Positions 13,200 through 29,161 of a stretch of 64,000 bases of DNA are shown piece by piece. Position 1 is the first letter of the stretch, and each line of letters starts with the position of its first letter. Both the position numbers and the translations under genes were made by a program. The notes under the pieces were generated by a model that saw only the letters and a list, made by a program, of their open reading frames with translations, ran no database searches and was not told the origin of the DNA. Source of the stretch: the human T2T-CHM13v2.0 reference genome, Homo sapiens; NCBI RefSeq assembly GCF_009914755.1, contig NC_060929.1. One strand, given 5' to 3'.

Positions 13200-14721
13200 T
13201 TGTCATCACTTTTAGTGTACTTGACTTTGATATATAGAATGAGACGTAGGTTGAGGTTCATTTTTTGGTGCCAGTACTATTTATTTAAAACATTGTTCTT
13301 TCCCTATTGAATTGCCATGGTGCTTTGTCAAATAAATTGGCCTTGTATGTACAGGTACATAGCTGAATTCTTTATGCTGTTTCATAGATCTATATCCCTA
13401 TTTTTATGCCCAGTGCCACACTGTCCTGACTACTGAGATTTACAGTAAGTCTTGAAATTATGTAGAGTAATTCTTCCCAAATTTTCCTATTTTTTCAAAA
13501 TTGTTTTGGTAATTCCAAGACCTTTACATTTCTGAATAAATTTTAGAATGAATTTATTAATTACAACACATAAAGCTTACTTGGATTTTACTTGGGATTA
13601 CATTGAATCTGTTGATCAGTTTGGGGAGTATTAACTTCTTAATGATATTGGTTTTCCAATCCAAGAGCATGATATTACTTGAGGTCTTCTTTTATTTCTC
13701 TCAGCAATATTTTGTAGATTGTGGTGTACAGATCTCATACATTTTAATGAATGTGTCCCTAAGTAGTTCACATTTTGATGCTATTGCAAATGGTATGGTT
13801 TCTTAAATTTTAATTTCTGATTGTTCATTACTAACTGTAGAAATACAATTGATTTTTTTATATACAGATGCATCTTGACTTACAATAGGGGTTACATCTC
13901 AATAGACCCATCATAAGTGGAAAATGCCTTAATATACCTAACCTTCTGAACATCATAGCTTAGCCTAGCCTACTTTAAATGTGCTCAGAATGCTTACATT
14001 AGCCTATAATTGGGTAAAATTATCTAACACAAAGCCTATTTTATAATACAGTGTTGAATATTTCATGTAGTTTATTTAATACTGTACCGAGGTACAGTTT
14101 TTACTGAATATTTATTACTTTCACACCATTGTAAAGTCAGAAAATCATTAAGTTGAACCATCAAGTTGGAGACTTTATATTGACCTTGTATCTTGCGACT
14201 TAACTAAATGTATCAGTTCTAGTTTTTTTATAGACTATCATATTTCTTCCATTTTTCATCCTAATATATAATGCCTTTATGTTTCTTGCCTTACTGCATT
14301 GGCTGGACTATTTAGTCCAGTGTTGAATAGAAGTGATGAGAACATACTTGCCTTTTCCTGATTTTAAAAAGAAAGAATTCAGTCTTTTAATATTATGTTA
14401 GCTGCTGGTTTTTTGTTTTATTGTTTTTGATAGATGCCTCTGATCAGATTGTGGAAGTTCCTTTCTAGTCTTAGATTAAGAGTTTTACCATAGATGGATG
14501 TTGATATTTGTTCAATGCTTTATCTGTGTTCATTGAGACAATCATAGAGTTTTCTTTGTTAATGTGTTAATATGTTAAATTCCATTGATTAATTTTTGAA
14601 GGATAATCTTGCGTTATTGGGTTAATTCCTATGAGGTAATCACATATTGCCCATCTTATATGTTGCTAGATTTGGTTAATATTTTGGTAAAGAATTTTGT
14701 GTTTGTGTTCATGGAAGTTAT
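13200..14721 (-). mobile_element. L1M ORF2 remnant (antisense)
   Basis: antisense ORF2 motifs, e.g. TTGAATCTGTTGATCAGTTTGGGGAG and GTGTTGAATAGAAGTGATGAG. Confidence 0.75.
13864..14176 (+). mobile_element. MER47A (TcMar-Tigger) inserted in L1
   Basis: CAGATGCATCTTGACTTAC terminus after TA; CATCATAGCTTAGCCTAGCCTAC core. Confidence 0.85.
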
Positions 14722-15236
14722 TGTTGGAAGATGACTCTCTCTGAGTGTCTTTTTTTTCTGCACATCTTGTGAGGCACTGGTTACCTTTGATCTGAACTGT
14801 CTTTTCCAAAATCTTTGTAAGACATCTTGTAAGACAGAGATCGTGACTCTCTCTGAAGCAGAGGGCAGGTTTGTTTACTATTCAATATAATAAGGATTAT
14901 GTTTTCCTTTGGGGCAAAGGTTAGCTTGGTTTGCTTGTAGCCCATTATACAAGCTTCAGATTTCCTAACCTTGGAGTTCTTCAGCTTTGATGCAAACCCA
15001 CTGCATATGCACCATCAACCTGGGCTGCTCTGTGTCACTCCCATGGGTCCTGGGTTGGGGGAGGAGGAACCAACATATATATGAAACACATGATGCTTAC
15101 TGTACTGTCAGTAATACAATCTTTTATCTCTGACTGAAGAGTCTTATGTCTTTTACCAGCATTAATGATATTATGGCAGTGTAAACTGTTGGCTTACAAG
15201 TAAGGTAAACTCCCAGACCCTTCACAGTTCTTGACA
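14722..15236 (+). mobile_element. ERVL-class LTR (LTR53/LTR47-like), 5' LTR
   Basis: TG...CA termini, ~515 bp, ends CAGACCCTTCACAGTTCTTGACA and is followed by a TTTTGGTG PBS-like start. Confidence 0.75.
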
Positions 15237-17075
15237 GTTTTTGGTGATAAAAATGGGATGCTGACAGAGACTTGACTTTCTGAAAAAGAAAGGGAAGGGT
15301 TCCAGTGGTGCAGGTAAGAGGAAATGAGAAAATTTTCTAGCATGTGATCTCGCCCAGTTGGTTGGAAGAAGGTGGTAGAAGGATCCCCTACCATCTTACC
15401 TGTTAGTGAATGTTTAGAGGCTGAGCAGCAAAGGTAGGATTGAAACAAGTCACCTGAATGGTGACTTAATGGTTGCTCACCTTCTTCCTGCAGGCTTTCA
15501 CTGTATAGAAGATATCCTGTTGGTTGGAAAGAGAAGCCTTGGTGTCAATGGCCCTGAAGGCAGAATTATAGCACCTCCATCAGAAGGGATGGACTGATAA
15601 ACCCTGAAAAAATTCAGGAGCCTGCCTGCTAAGTGTTTTGGAACTATGTGGCACATTAACAATGCTCAGTCTTCCTGGAAGTGAAGGAAGAGCTGTTGTC
15701 TCTTTAGCATCCCACCACAGAAACACAGGCCTAGCACCTTATTGGTCTCTATGGAGTCTAATATTAGAGATAGTATATGCCTTACTTGAGCATTACACTT
15801 TGTCCTTTATATAGACTATCCCACAAACCAGTTATTATAAGTGGTTCTGTGCATTATAAGTGGTTCTGTGATTGCTGTGAAGCCATCTGTGGCAACCTCT
15901 CTACCTAAAGACCCCCAAATCCTAATGACATTTTTGAACAATAAGTCTCAATGACTGAAGATTTTGCCAGTTGGAGTTTCTTGCAATGGGACGCTGCCCC
16001 CGAGGTTTTGAACTTGTCATCTCCTGTTGTGGGGAACACCTCTTGAAAAGCCGCTATTAGTTTGCTACCGGGGAATGACTGACCTATGGAGGCCTTGTGA
16101 CTCTTTTGCCTGTACCAAATTATTCCTATTTAGAGACTCAATGACCTAGCAAGGTGGGAAGGGTCCAACATGCTCATTTGTCAAGTAGTAACGGTATATT
16201 TCAGGTGTACTTCCCACCTCCATTCTCACAATGGTCGTTCAGTCATTCCGTGGGTTGAATGGATATCATCCAGTTGGCGGCTTACACAAACAGGATAAAT
16301 TGGATTCACTACCCTAAGGCAGCTCCTCCAAAATAAGGAGTAGACTTACTTATCTAAACTGGTCTGGGACTCCTTCATTGCATAAGCCAGCCAAGAAGCC
16401 ACATTGGAGGCACTGTCAATCTGTGCCCCTCAACTGATATGTAAGTGCAACTTGGACAATTAACTTGCCTTCTTCCTGAAAACAATGTGACTTGCACTTT
16501 AGGGGTGGTAATGAGAGACCTGCAAATGTTTACGGAAACATCACCAGTAGATCATGTATCCCTCAAGTGATTGCAATTATCTCTTCAAAGTGCAAATATT
16601 GGATATTCAAGAGAACTTCCTGATGGGATGACTGACTTATTACATATGTGCAGCTGATGCAGGCAGTTATCCCCAATTAGAGTTATTCAATTAGAAAAGG
16701 TAATATTTCTTCTTGAATTTAGCTTACACTTTCAATGATATCACCTTGACCCTGGAGATATCCAGGTCAGCTTCAACTCAATGGCCAGGGTTATTATGGG
16801 TGATAGAATTGTCCTAGACTTCCACTTTGCAGGCCAGAGCAGTGTGGGCAATTGCTAATACAACTTGCTCTACCCATATTAATGTCTCAAGCCAAGTGAA
16901 AAGGTCAGCAGGATCTTAAGAGGAAAATCACCTGGCTTTCAAAGGTAAATCCTAGCAGTTTATGGGATTTGTTTAGCTGGTTGGGTCTAGGACCTTAGGG
17001 GGCATGGTTGAGTTTACTGTTACGTTATTGGTGTCATCCTATTGTTTGGAGTCTTCATTATCTTTCTTATCAAAG
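15237..17075 (+). mobile_element. ERV internal remnant with class III pol fragments and env TM; no 3' LTR
   Basis: NPEKIQEPA and PTTETQA*HLIGLYG RT remnants (~15600-15830); env ISD/CX6CC remnant (16772-16875). Confidence 0.7.
16610..17065 (+). pseudogene. env transmembrane-subunit remnant
   Basis: FNSMARVIMGDRIVLDFHFAGQSS /frameshift/ WAIANTTCSTHINVSSQVKRS ... WLSKVNPSSLWDLFSWLG, then a hydrophobic stretch. Confidence 0.75.
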
Positions 17076-17266
17076 TGTTACTTTTAAGATATCTGATAAG
17101 AATCTGATTCAGATTCTTTGTTCCTTTATATGTAACAGATATTTCTGTAAGCTTTTAGAATTACTTGTTTACATTTCATGTAATTAAAAATTTTTATTTG
17201 ATTGAATTCAGTCTTTCTATAATATGACTAGGAATGGGGTTTTTCTTTTTTATCTTGTGCTTTTAA

Positions 17267-17586
<320 letters not shown>

Positions 17587-17927
17587 CTGATTTCTCATTT
17601 TTAATTTTAGAAAATTCTGTCATTTTTCTTCCAATACTTGAAATTGTTCAAATACATCTAAGTGTCAGTAATCACATAATTGAGAAAGGTTTAATTCATC
17701 TCTTACCTTGGGTCTTTAAATATCCAAATATATCTTGTTTATAAGTGATACATGTTTAAAACAGCACAAGAAGATTGAAAATTAAAAGATGTCAAAAGAT
17801 ATACCTGGTAAATGTTGAATAAAAAAGTTTTATATTAATGTTAGTAGTACACCAAATAGAGTTCAAATATGAAGCTTAAAAAAATACAGAGAGAGTTCTT
17901 ACTGATAAAAGGCTTATATAGTAATAG

Positions 17928-18245
<318 letters not shown>

Positions 18246-18254
18246 GAGAACCAC

Positions 18255-18470
18255 TTTAGATTTAGTGGCCAGGGAATGTTTCTCAGAGGAGGTGACATTT
18301 AAGTTGGGATCTAAGTTACAAGGAAGAATCAGTCTTGTGAGAATCAAGGGAAAGAGCATTCCAAACTGAGAGAAGAGTTAGTACAAAGGCCAGAAGCAAG
18401 TACAAGGGAAAGGAAGCAAACTGAGATTGGAGACATGAGAAGAGGCCAATCGGGTAGGGATTTGTAATTC
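18255..18470. mobile_element. L2 fragment
   Basis: TCTCAGAGGAGGTGACATTTAAGTTG...GGGAAAGAGCATTCCA. Confidence 0.6.
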
Positions 18471-18581
18471 AAATAAAAGAATCAATAGACTTTAGTAAAA
18501 AAGGACTATAGTTCAACTTCTATAAATCTGTATGTGGAAATTCTTATCCAACAGCCCAATATAGCTAAAGCTATAATGTAG

Positions 18582-19094
<513 letters not shown>

Positions 19095-19220
19095 TGAGGG
19101 GGAAAGATGTGATGGGGCACTGTCAGATTTGCTCTTTATATCTCTGTATTATTTAGATTTTAAAGTAAATATCACAATCATGGAGCTATTAATATTTAAT
19201 CAGAGTCTTAGTGAGAATTA

Positions 19221-19433
<213 letters not shown>

Positions 19434-19529
19434 TTATCCTGTAACTATAAAAATCCTGTACTTCTTATCATGTAGTTATAAAAATTTTATAATTAGTTAT
19501 CATATAATTATAAAAATCCTATAGTTCAT

Positions 19530-21310
<1,781 letters not shown>

Positions 21311-21813
21311 TGTCATAGGCAGAATAATGACCACCCCCTAAAGATGTGCATGTTCTAATCTGCTGAAAGTTTGAATATGTTAGGTTACACACCCAAGAGG
21401 AATTAAGGTTGCAGACATAATTAAGGTTGCTAATCAGATGACTTTAAGATATGGAGATTTTCATGGACTATTGGGGTAAGCCCAGTGTAATAAAAAGGGT
21501 CATTAATAAGTGGAAGAAGGAGGCAGAAGAGATAATCAAAGAGATGTTGGCATGAGAAGGATTTGAGTCAACTTCAAGATAGAGGAATGGGCCATGAATC
21601 AAAGGATGTGTGTGGCCTCTAGAAGCTGGAAAAAGCAAGGAAATAGATTCGCCTATAAAGCCTCCAGAAGAAATGCAACCCTGCCAATACCATAATTTTA
21701 GCCCAGTGAGACCTGTGCTAGACTTTTGACCAAGGTAAGATACTAAACTTAAGTTGTTTTAAGCCATTAAATTTGTGGCAATTTGTTATTAGCAGCAATA
21801 GAAAACTAATAAA
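21311..21813 (+). mobile_element. MLT1D/E-like MaLR LTR
   Basis: GGCAGAATAATG...GGAATTAAGGTTGCAG...GCAGCAATAGAAAACTAAT. Confidence 0.8.
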
Positions 21814-21839
21814 GATTATGGTACCAGTAGTGGAGTGTT

Positions 21840-22131
21840 TGGCCAGCTACCTGGTGACAAGTTGATTGTAATGGACTACTTTCCATTGTGGAAGGGGAAG
21901 TACTGTATTCTTGCTGGAATAAACCCTCTGGATATGGATTTATTTCCCCTATGCACAATGCTTCTACCAAAGCTGCTATGTGTGAACTTACAGAATGCCT
22001 TGTCCACTTTCACAATACTCCATACAGCATTGCTTTTAATCAAGGAAGTAAATTCACAGCAAATGAATTGCAACAATGGTCCCAGACTCATGGAATTCAT
22101 TGGTGTTAGCATATATCTCCATCACGCAGAA
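21840..22131 (+). pseudogene. ERVL-type integrase core fragment
   Basis: SGYGFISPMHNASTKAAMCELTECLVHFHNTPYSIAFNQGSKFTANELQQWSQTHGIHW resembles ERVL IN (...IASDQGTHFTA...HGIHW). Confidence 0.8.
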
Positions 22132-25100
22132 GAAGAAAGAGAAAAAGGGGGCAGATAACTTATTTGAAGAAATAAAGGCCAAAACCTATCCACATCTGAA
22201 GAGCAGGATAGATATACAAATTCAGGAGCTCAGATAACTCCAACTAAGATAAATCTAAAGAGACGTACACTGAGACATGTCATAATCAAAAGTCACAGAC
22301 AAAGAGAAAATCTTGAAAGTAGCAACTATTAGTATATCAGCAGATTTCTCAACAGAAACCTTACAGGTTAGAAGGGAGTGGGGTGATATATTTAAAATAG
22401 TGGGGGAGAAAAAAGCTGCCATCCAAAAATACCATATCTGGCAAAACTATTCTTCAAAAAATAAAGGAGAAATTAAGATTTTTCCTAGATAAACAAAACC
22501 TGAAGTAGTTTATCACCACTTAACCTATCCTATAAGAAATGCTGAAGGGAGTTCTTCAAGGTGAATCAAAAAGATAATAAAGAGCAACACAAAACCATAT
22601 GAAAATATTGAACTCCCTGGTAAAGGTAAATATATAGATAAATATAGAATCCTACAGTATTATAATGTAGGCATGTAAATCACTTTTAAATGTGGTAAAG
22701 AATTTAAAAACCCAAAGCATAAAAAGTAATTATAAAATTATGTTCATGAATATGCAATACAAAAAGGTAATTTGTATCATTAACAACGTTAAGTGGGGAG
22801 GGTAGAGATGTAAAAAAGTAGAGTTTTAATACATGGCTGAAGTTAGGCTGTTTTTAGTTTCAAATAGATTGTTAGAACTTTAAGATGTTTTATGTAATTG
22901 CAATGGTAACCACAAAGAAAACATTTATAGAATAATACACAAAGGGAAATGAGAAGGGAGTGAAAACATGTCAGTACAAAAAAAAAAATTAATGAAACAC
23001 AAAAGAAAGCAGCAAGGGAAGAAAGGTGGGACAAAAAAAGCTGCAAGACACACAGAAAACAGTTTACAAAATGGCAATAGTAAGTTCTTCCCTATCAGTA
23101 ATTACTTTAAATGTAAACGGATTAAACACATTAATTAAAAGACATAAATTGGCTGAATGGATATTAAAAAAACAAGATCCAACTATATGCTATCTACAAG
23201 AGACTCATTTTAAATCTATGGGCACATACAGGCTAAAAGTGAAAGGGTAAAAAAAGATACGCCGTGTAAACAGGAACCTAATGAGAACCATACTTAAAGC
23301 TTAAGACTTCAAATAGACTTTAAGATAAAAACTGTCAAAAGAGACAAAGAAGAACATTATATAATGATAAAAGTGTTAATTCACTAGAAACCATTATAAA
23401 TGACTAGTTATAATTTTATTATAACTTTATTATTGATTATAAATTATTTATACTTATTATTATAAACATCTGCATCTAAGATTAGAGCTCCCAAATATAT
23501 GAAGCAAACATTGACAGAAATTAGGGGAGAGGAAGAGGAAGGATCATGGCAGATGGGAGGCAGAACTAGATTGCAGCTCTGGACAGAACAGCACACGGAG
23601 GCTTGCACTGTGAATTTTAGCTCCAGATTGACTGCAAGAATAAACCAGCAACCCCGAGAGGATCCACAGACCCTCTGAAGGAAGCAGACTGCTCCTGCAG
23701 GACATGGGAGACACCACAAATGCTGTGAGTGCCCCAACCACGGAAGTGGGGAGACCCTCCTCTCCCAAACACACCCCCCAGCTGGAGAAGCTGTACGTCT
23801 GTTTGTGGGAGAAGTTCCCAATTTTACCTGGAGTGGAGTAAAGTTAGAGGGCTGAGCCAAGTGAAATACAGGGTTGGAGGAGGCAGCAGGGAGGCCCTGA
23901 GAGCTTGCTGTATACCCAAGCAGCTCATTGCTGCCTGGCACCGCAAGGATCCATCAGGAGGGAGGCCAGAAGAGCAGGGGGTAAAACTCCGTGGGGAGAA
24001 GGACTTCCCTAGCTGAACTTTGTAACAATTTGAACTGGGCGAGAAGCCTCCTGGCCAGAACTCAGGGGAGGACCTGAATCCAGCTTGCAAACTTCACCTG
24101 GGGTGGGTGGGAGGGGAAAGAATTAAAGCCCTTTTCTTTTGCAGCTGGGAGGCGGAAAGCCTCAGGCAAGTTTTCAAGCCTGACTCACCCTCTATGTGGA
24201 AACAGACTTGGGGCTGTTGCTGGGGGCAAGGTGGGAGTGAGATTCGCCCTTCAGTTTGTGTGGGAGCTGGGTGAGGCCTATGATTGCCAGCTTTCCTCCA
24301 CTTCCCTGACAACCTGCATGACTCTGCAGAGGCAGCCATCATACTCCTGGTTACACAACTCCAGTGACCTGAGAATCTCATCCTCATCCCCCCACAGCAG
24401 CTGCAGCAAGACCCACCCAAGGAGAGCCTGAGCTCAGACATGCCTAGCCCCACCCCCACCTGATGGTCCTTCCCTACCCACCCTGGTAGTGGAAGACAAA
24501 GGACATATAATCTTTGGTGTTCTAGGGCCCCACCCACGACTGGTCCCTCTCCACACTACTATGGCTGATGCTTTCTGGAAAGCACCACCTCCTGGCAGGA
24601 GGCCAACCAGCACAAAAATAGAGCATTAAACCATAGAGCTAAGGACCCTCATGGAGTCCATTGCATCCTCTGCCACCTCCACTGGAACAGGCGCTGGTAT
24701 CCATGGCTGAGAGACCCACAGATGGTTCACATCACAGGACTCTGTGCAGACAACCCCCAGTACCAGCCTGGAGCCAGGTAGACTCGCTGGGTGGCTAGAC
24801 CCAGAGACAGACAACAATCACTGCAGTTTGGCTCACAGGAAGCCACATCCACAGGAAAAGGGGGAGAGTACTACATCAAGGGAACACCCTGTGGGACAAA
24901 GTAACCTGAAAAACAGCCTTCAGCCCTAGACTTTCCCTCTGACAAAGCCTACCCAAATGAGGAGGAACCAGAAGACCAACCCTGCTAATATGACAAAACA
25001 AGGCTCAACACCCCCCAAAAATTACACTAGTTTAAGCAGCAATGGATCCAAACCAAGAAGAAATCCCTGATTTACCTGAAAAAGAACTCAGGAGGTTAAT

Positions 25101-25184
25101 TATTAAACTATTCAGGGAGGGGCCAGAGAATGGCAAAGCCCAATGCAAGGAAATCCAAAAAATGATGCAAGAAGTGAAGGGAGA

Positions 25185-25491
<307 letters not shown>

Positions 25492-27306
25492 TTAACAAAA
25501 TAGATAGGTTAAAGGAAAAACAATAAAAAATTCAGGAAACTTTGGACAGACTTTTAGAAATGCGAAATGCTCTGGAAAGTCTCAGCAATAGAATTGAACA
25601 AGTCCAGATAGAAGAAAGAAATTCAGAGCTCGAAGACAAGGTCTTTGAATCAACCCAATCCAACAAAGACAAAGAAAGGAGAATAAGAAAATATGAACAA
25701 AGCCTCCAACAAGTCTGGGATTATGTTAATCCAAGAAGTCTGGGATAATATTAAGAATAATCGGTGTTACTGAGGAAGAAGACAATTCTAAAAGCTTGGA
25801 AAACATCTTTGGTGGAATAATCGAGGAAAACTTCCCTGGCCTTGTTAGAGACCTAGACATACAAATACAAGAAGCACAAAGAATACCTGGGAAATTCATC
25901 GCAAAAAGATCTTCACCTAAACACATTGTCATCAGGTTATCCAAAGTTAAGACAAAGGAAAAAAGTCTTAAGAGCTGTGAAACAGAAGCACCAGGTAATC
26001 TATAAAGGAAAACCTGTCAGATTGACAGCAGATTTAACACCAGAAACCCTACAAGCTAGAAGGGATTTGGGTCCTATCTTTAGCCTCCTCAAACAAAATA
26101 ATTATCAGCCAAGAATGTTGTATTTAGCAAAACTAAGCATCATATATGAAGGAAAGATACACTCGTTTACAGACAAATGCTGAGAGAATTCGCCATTACC
26201 AAGCCACCACTACAAGAACTGCTAAAAGGAGCTCTAAATCTTGAAACAAATCCTGGAAATACATCAAAACAGAATCTCCTTAAAGCATAAATCACACAGG
26301 ACCTATAAAACAAAAATACAAGTTAAAAAACAAAAACAAAAAACAAAACCAAAGTAAACGGCATGATGAATGCAATGGCATTTCATGCAAATGGACACCA
26401 AAAACAAGCAGGGTTAGCTATTCTTGTATCAGATAAAACAGACTTAAAAGCAACAGCAGGTAAAAGAGACAAAGGACATAATATAATGGGAAAAGGCCTT
26501 GTCCAACAGGAAAATATCATAATCCTAAACATATATGCACTAACACTCCCAAATTTATAAAACAATTACTAATAGACATAAGAAATGAGATAGACAGCAA
26601 CACCATAATAGTGGGGGACTTCAATACTCCACAGACAGCACTAGACAGACAATCAAAACAGAAAGTCAGCAAACAATGGATTTAAACTATACCCTTGAAC
26701 AAATGGACTTAACAGATATATACAGAACATTTCATGTGACAACCACAGAATATACATTCTATTCAACAGTGCATGGAACTCTCTCCAAGATAGACCATAA
26801 GATAGGCCATAAAACGAGCCTCGATAAATTTAAGAAAATTTAAATTATATCAAGCACTAACCACAGTGGAATAAAACTGGAAATCAACTCCAAAAGGAAC
26901 CTTCAAAACCATGCAAATACATGGAAATTAAATAACCTGCTCTTGAATGAGCATTGGCTCAAAAACAAAATCAAGATGGAAATTTAAAAATTATTTGAAC
27001 TCAATAACAATAATGACACAACCTATCAAAACCTCTGGGATACAGCTAAGGCAGTGCTAAGAGGAAAGTTTATAGCCCTAAATGCCTACATCAAAAAGTC
27101 TGAAAGAGCACAAACAGACAATCTAAGGTCACACCTCAAGGAACTAGAGAAACAAGAACAAACCAAACCCAAACTCTGCAGAAGGAAGGGAGTAACCAAG
27201 ATCAGAGCAGAACTAAATGAAATTGAAACAGAGAAACAAAAAAATACAAAAGATAAATGAAGCAAAAAGCTAGTTCTTTGAAAAGATACATAAAATTGAT
27301 AGACCA

Positions 27307-27693
<387 letters not shown>

Positions 27694-28862
27694 TTACAAC
27701 TGACATCACTGAAATACAAAAGATCATTCAAGGCTACTATGAACACCTTTATGCACATAAACTAGAAAACCTAGAAGTGATGGATAAATTCCTGGAAAAA
27801 TACAACCCTCCTACATTAAATCAGGAAGAATTAGATACCCTGAACAGACCAATAACAAGCAGTGAGATTGAAATGGTAATTTAAAAATTACCAACAAAAA
27901 AAAGTCCAGGACCAGATGGATTCACACCAGACATTCAAAGAATTAGTACCAATCATTTTAACACTATTCCACATGATAGAGAAAGAAGGAACCCTCCCTA
28001 ATTCATTCTATGAAGCCATTATCACCCTAACACCAAAACAAGAAAGAAAAGAAAGAAAGAAAGAAAACAGACCAGAAAGAAAGAAAAAGAAAGAAAGAAA
28101 ACAGACCTCAAATCAGCAACTTCATCTTACACCTTAAGAACTAGAAAAAGAATAAACTAAACCCAATGTTAGCAGAAGGAAAGAAATAATAAAGATTAGA
28201 ACAGAGATAAACAAAATAGAGAACAGAAAAAAACAAATTAAGAGTTGATTTTTAAAACATCAACAAAATCGACAAACTCTTAGCTAAACTAAGTAAGGAA
28301 AAAAGACTCAAATAGTTGAAATTAGTAATGAAAGAGGGATTGTTACAACTGATATCACAGAAACAAAAAGGGTTATGAGACTACCATGAAAGAATTATAT
28401 GCCAGCAGATGAGATATTCTAGGAGAAATGGATAAATTCCTAGAAATAAACAACTGTCTAAGACTAATCATAAAGAAATAAAAATATGAACAGATCTGTA
28501 ACTAGTAAGGAAATTAAATTAGTAATCAAAAATTTCCCAAGAGAGGAGAGCCAAGGATCACTTGGTTTCACTAGAGAATTCCACCAAGCATTTAAGGAAG
28601 AATTAATACCACTCTCCTTCAAACTCTTCCAAAGAATTGAAGAGTAAGAAATACTTCCAAAGACAGTCTATGAGACCAACATTACCCTAATACCAAAACC
28701 AGACAAAAACAAAGAAAACACACACCAATATCCTTGGTGCAAAAATCCTAAACAAATACTAACAAGCCAAATTCAACAGCACATTAAAAGGATTATACAC
28801 CATGAACAAGTGGTATTTATATCTGGAATTCAAGGATGGTTCAACTTATGAAAATAAATCAG

Positions 28863-29161
28863 GGCCGGGCATGGTGGCTCACGCCTGTAATCCCAGCACT
28901 TTGGGAGGCTGAGGCGGGTGGATCACAGGTCAGGAGTTCGAGACCAGCCTGGCCAACATGGTAAAACCCCATCTGTACTAAAAATACAAAAATTAGCCAG
29001 GCATGGTGGCATGTGCCTGTAGTCCCAGCTAGTCGGGAGGCTGAGACAGGATAATTGCTTGAACCCAGGAAGTGGAGGTTGCAAGGAGGTGAGCCAAGAT
29101 TGTGCCATTGCACTCCAGCTTGGGTGACAAGAGTGAAACTCCGTCTAAAAAAAGAAAAAAA
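28863..29161 (+). mobile_element. AluSx/Sq whose A tail hosts the L1PA insertion
   Basis: full-length Alu immediately followed by the L1 5' end. Confidence 0.92.

Noticed and set aside
23444-24929. GC-richer region with 60-165 aa ORFs resembling a promoter or gene
   Set aside because: It is the L1PB 5'UTR.
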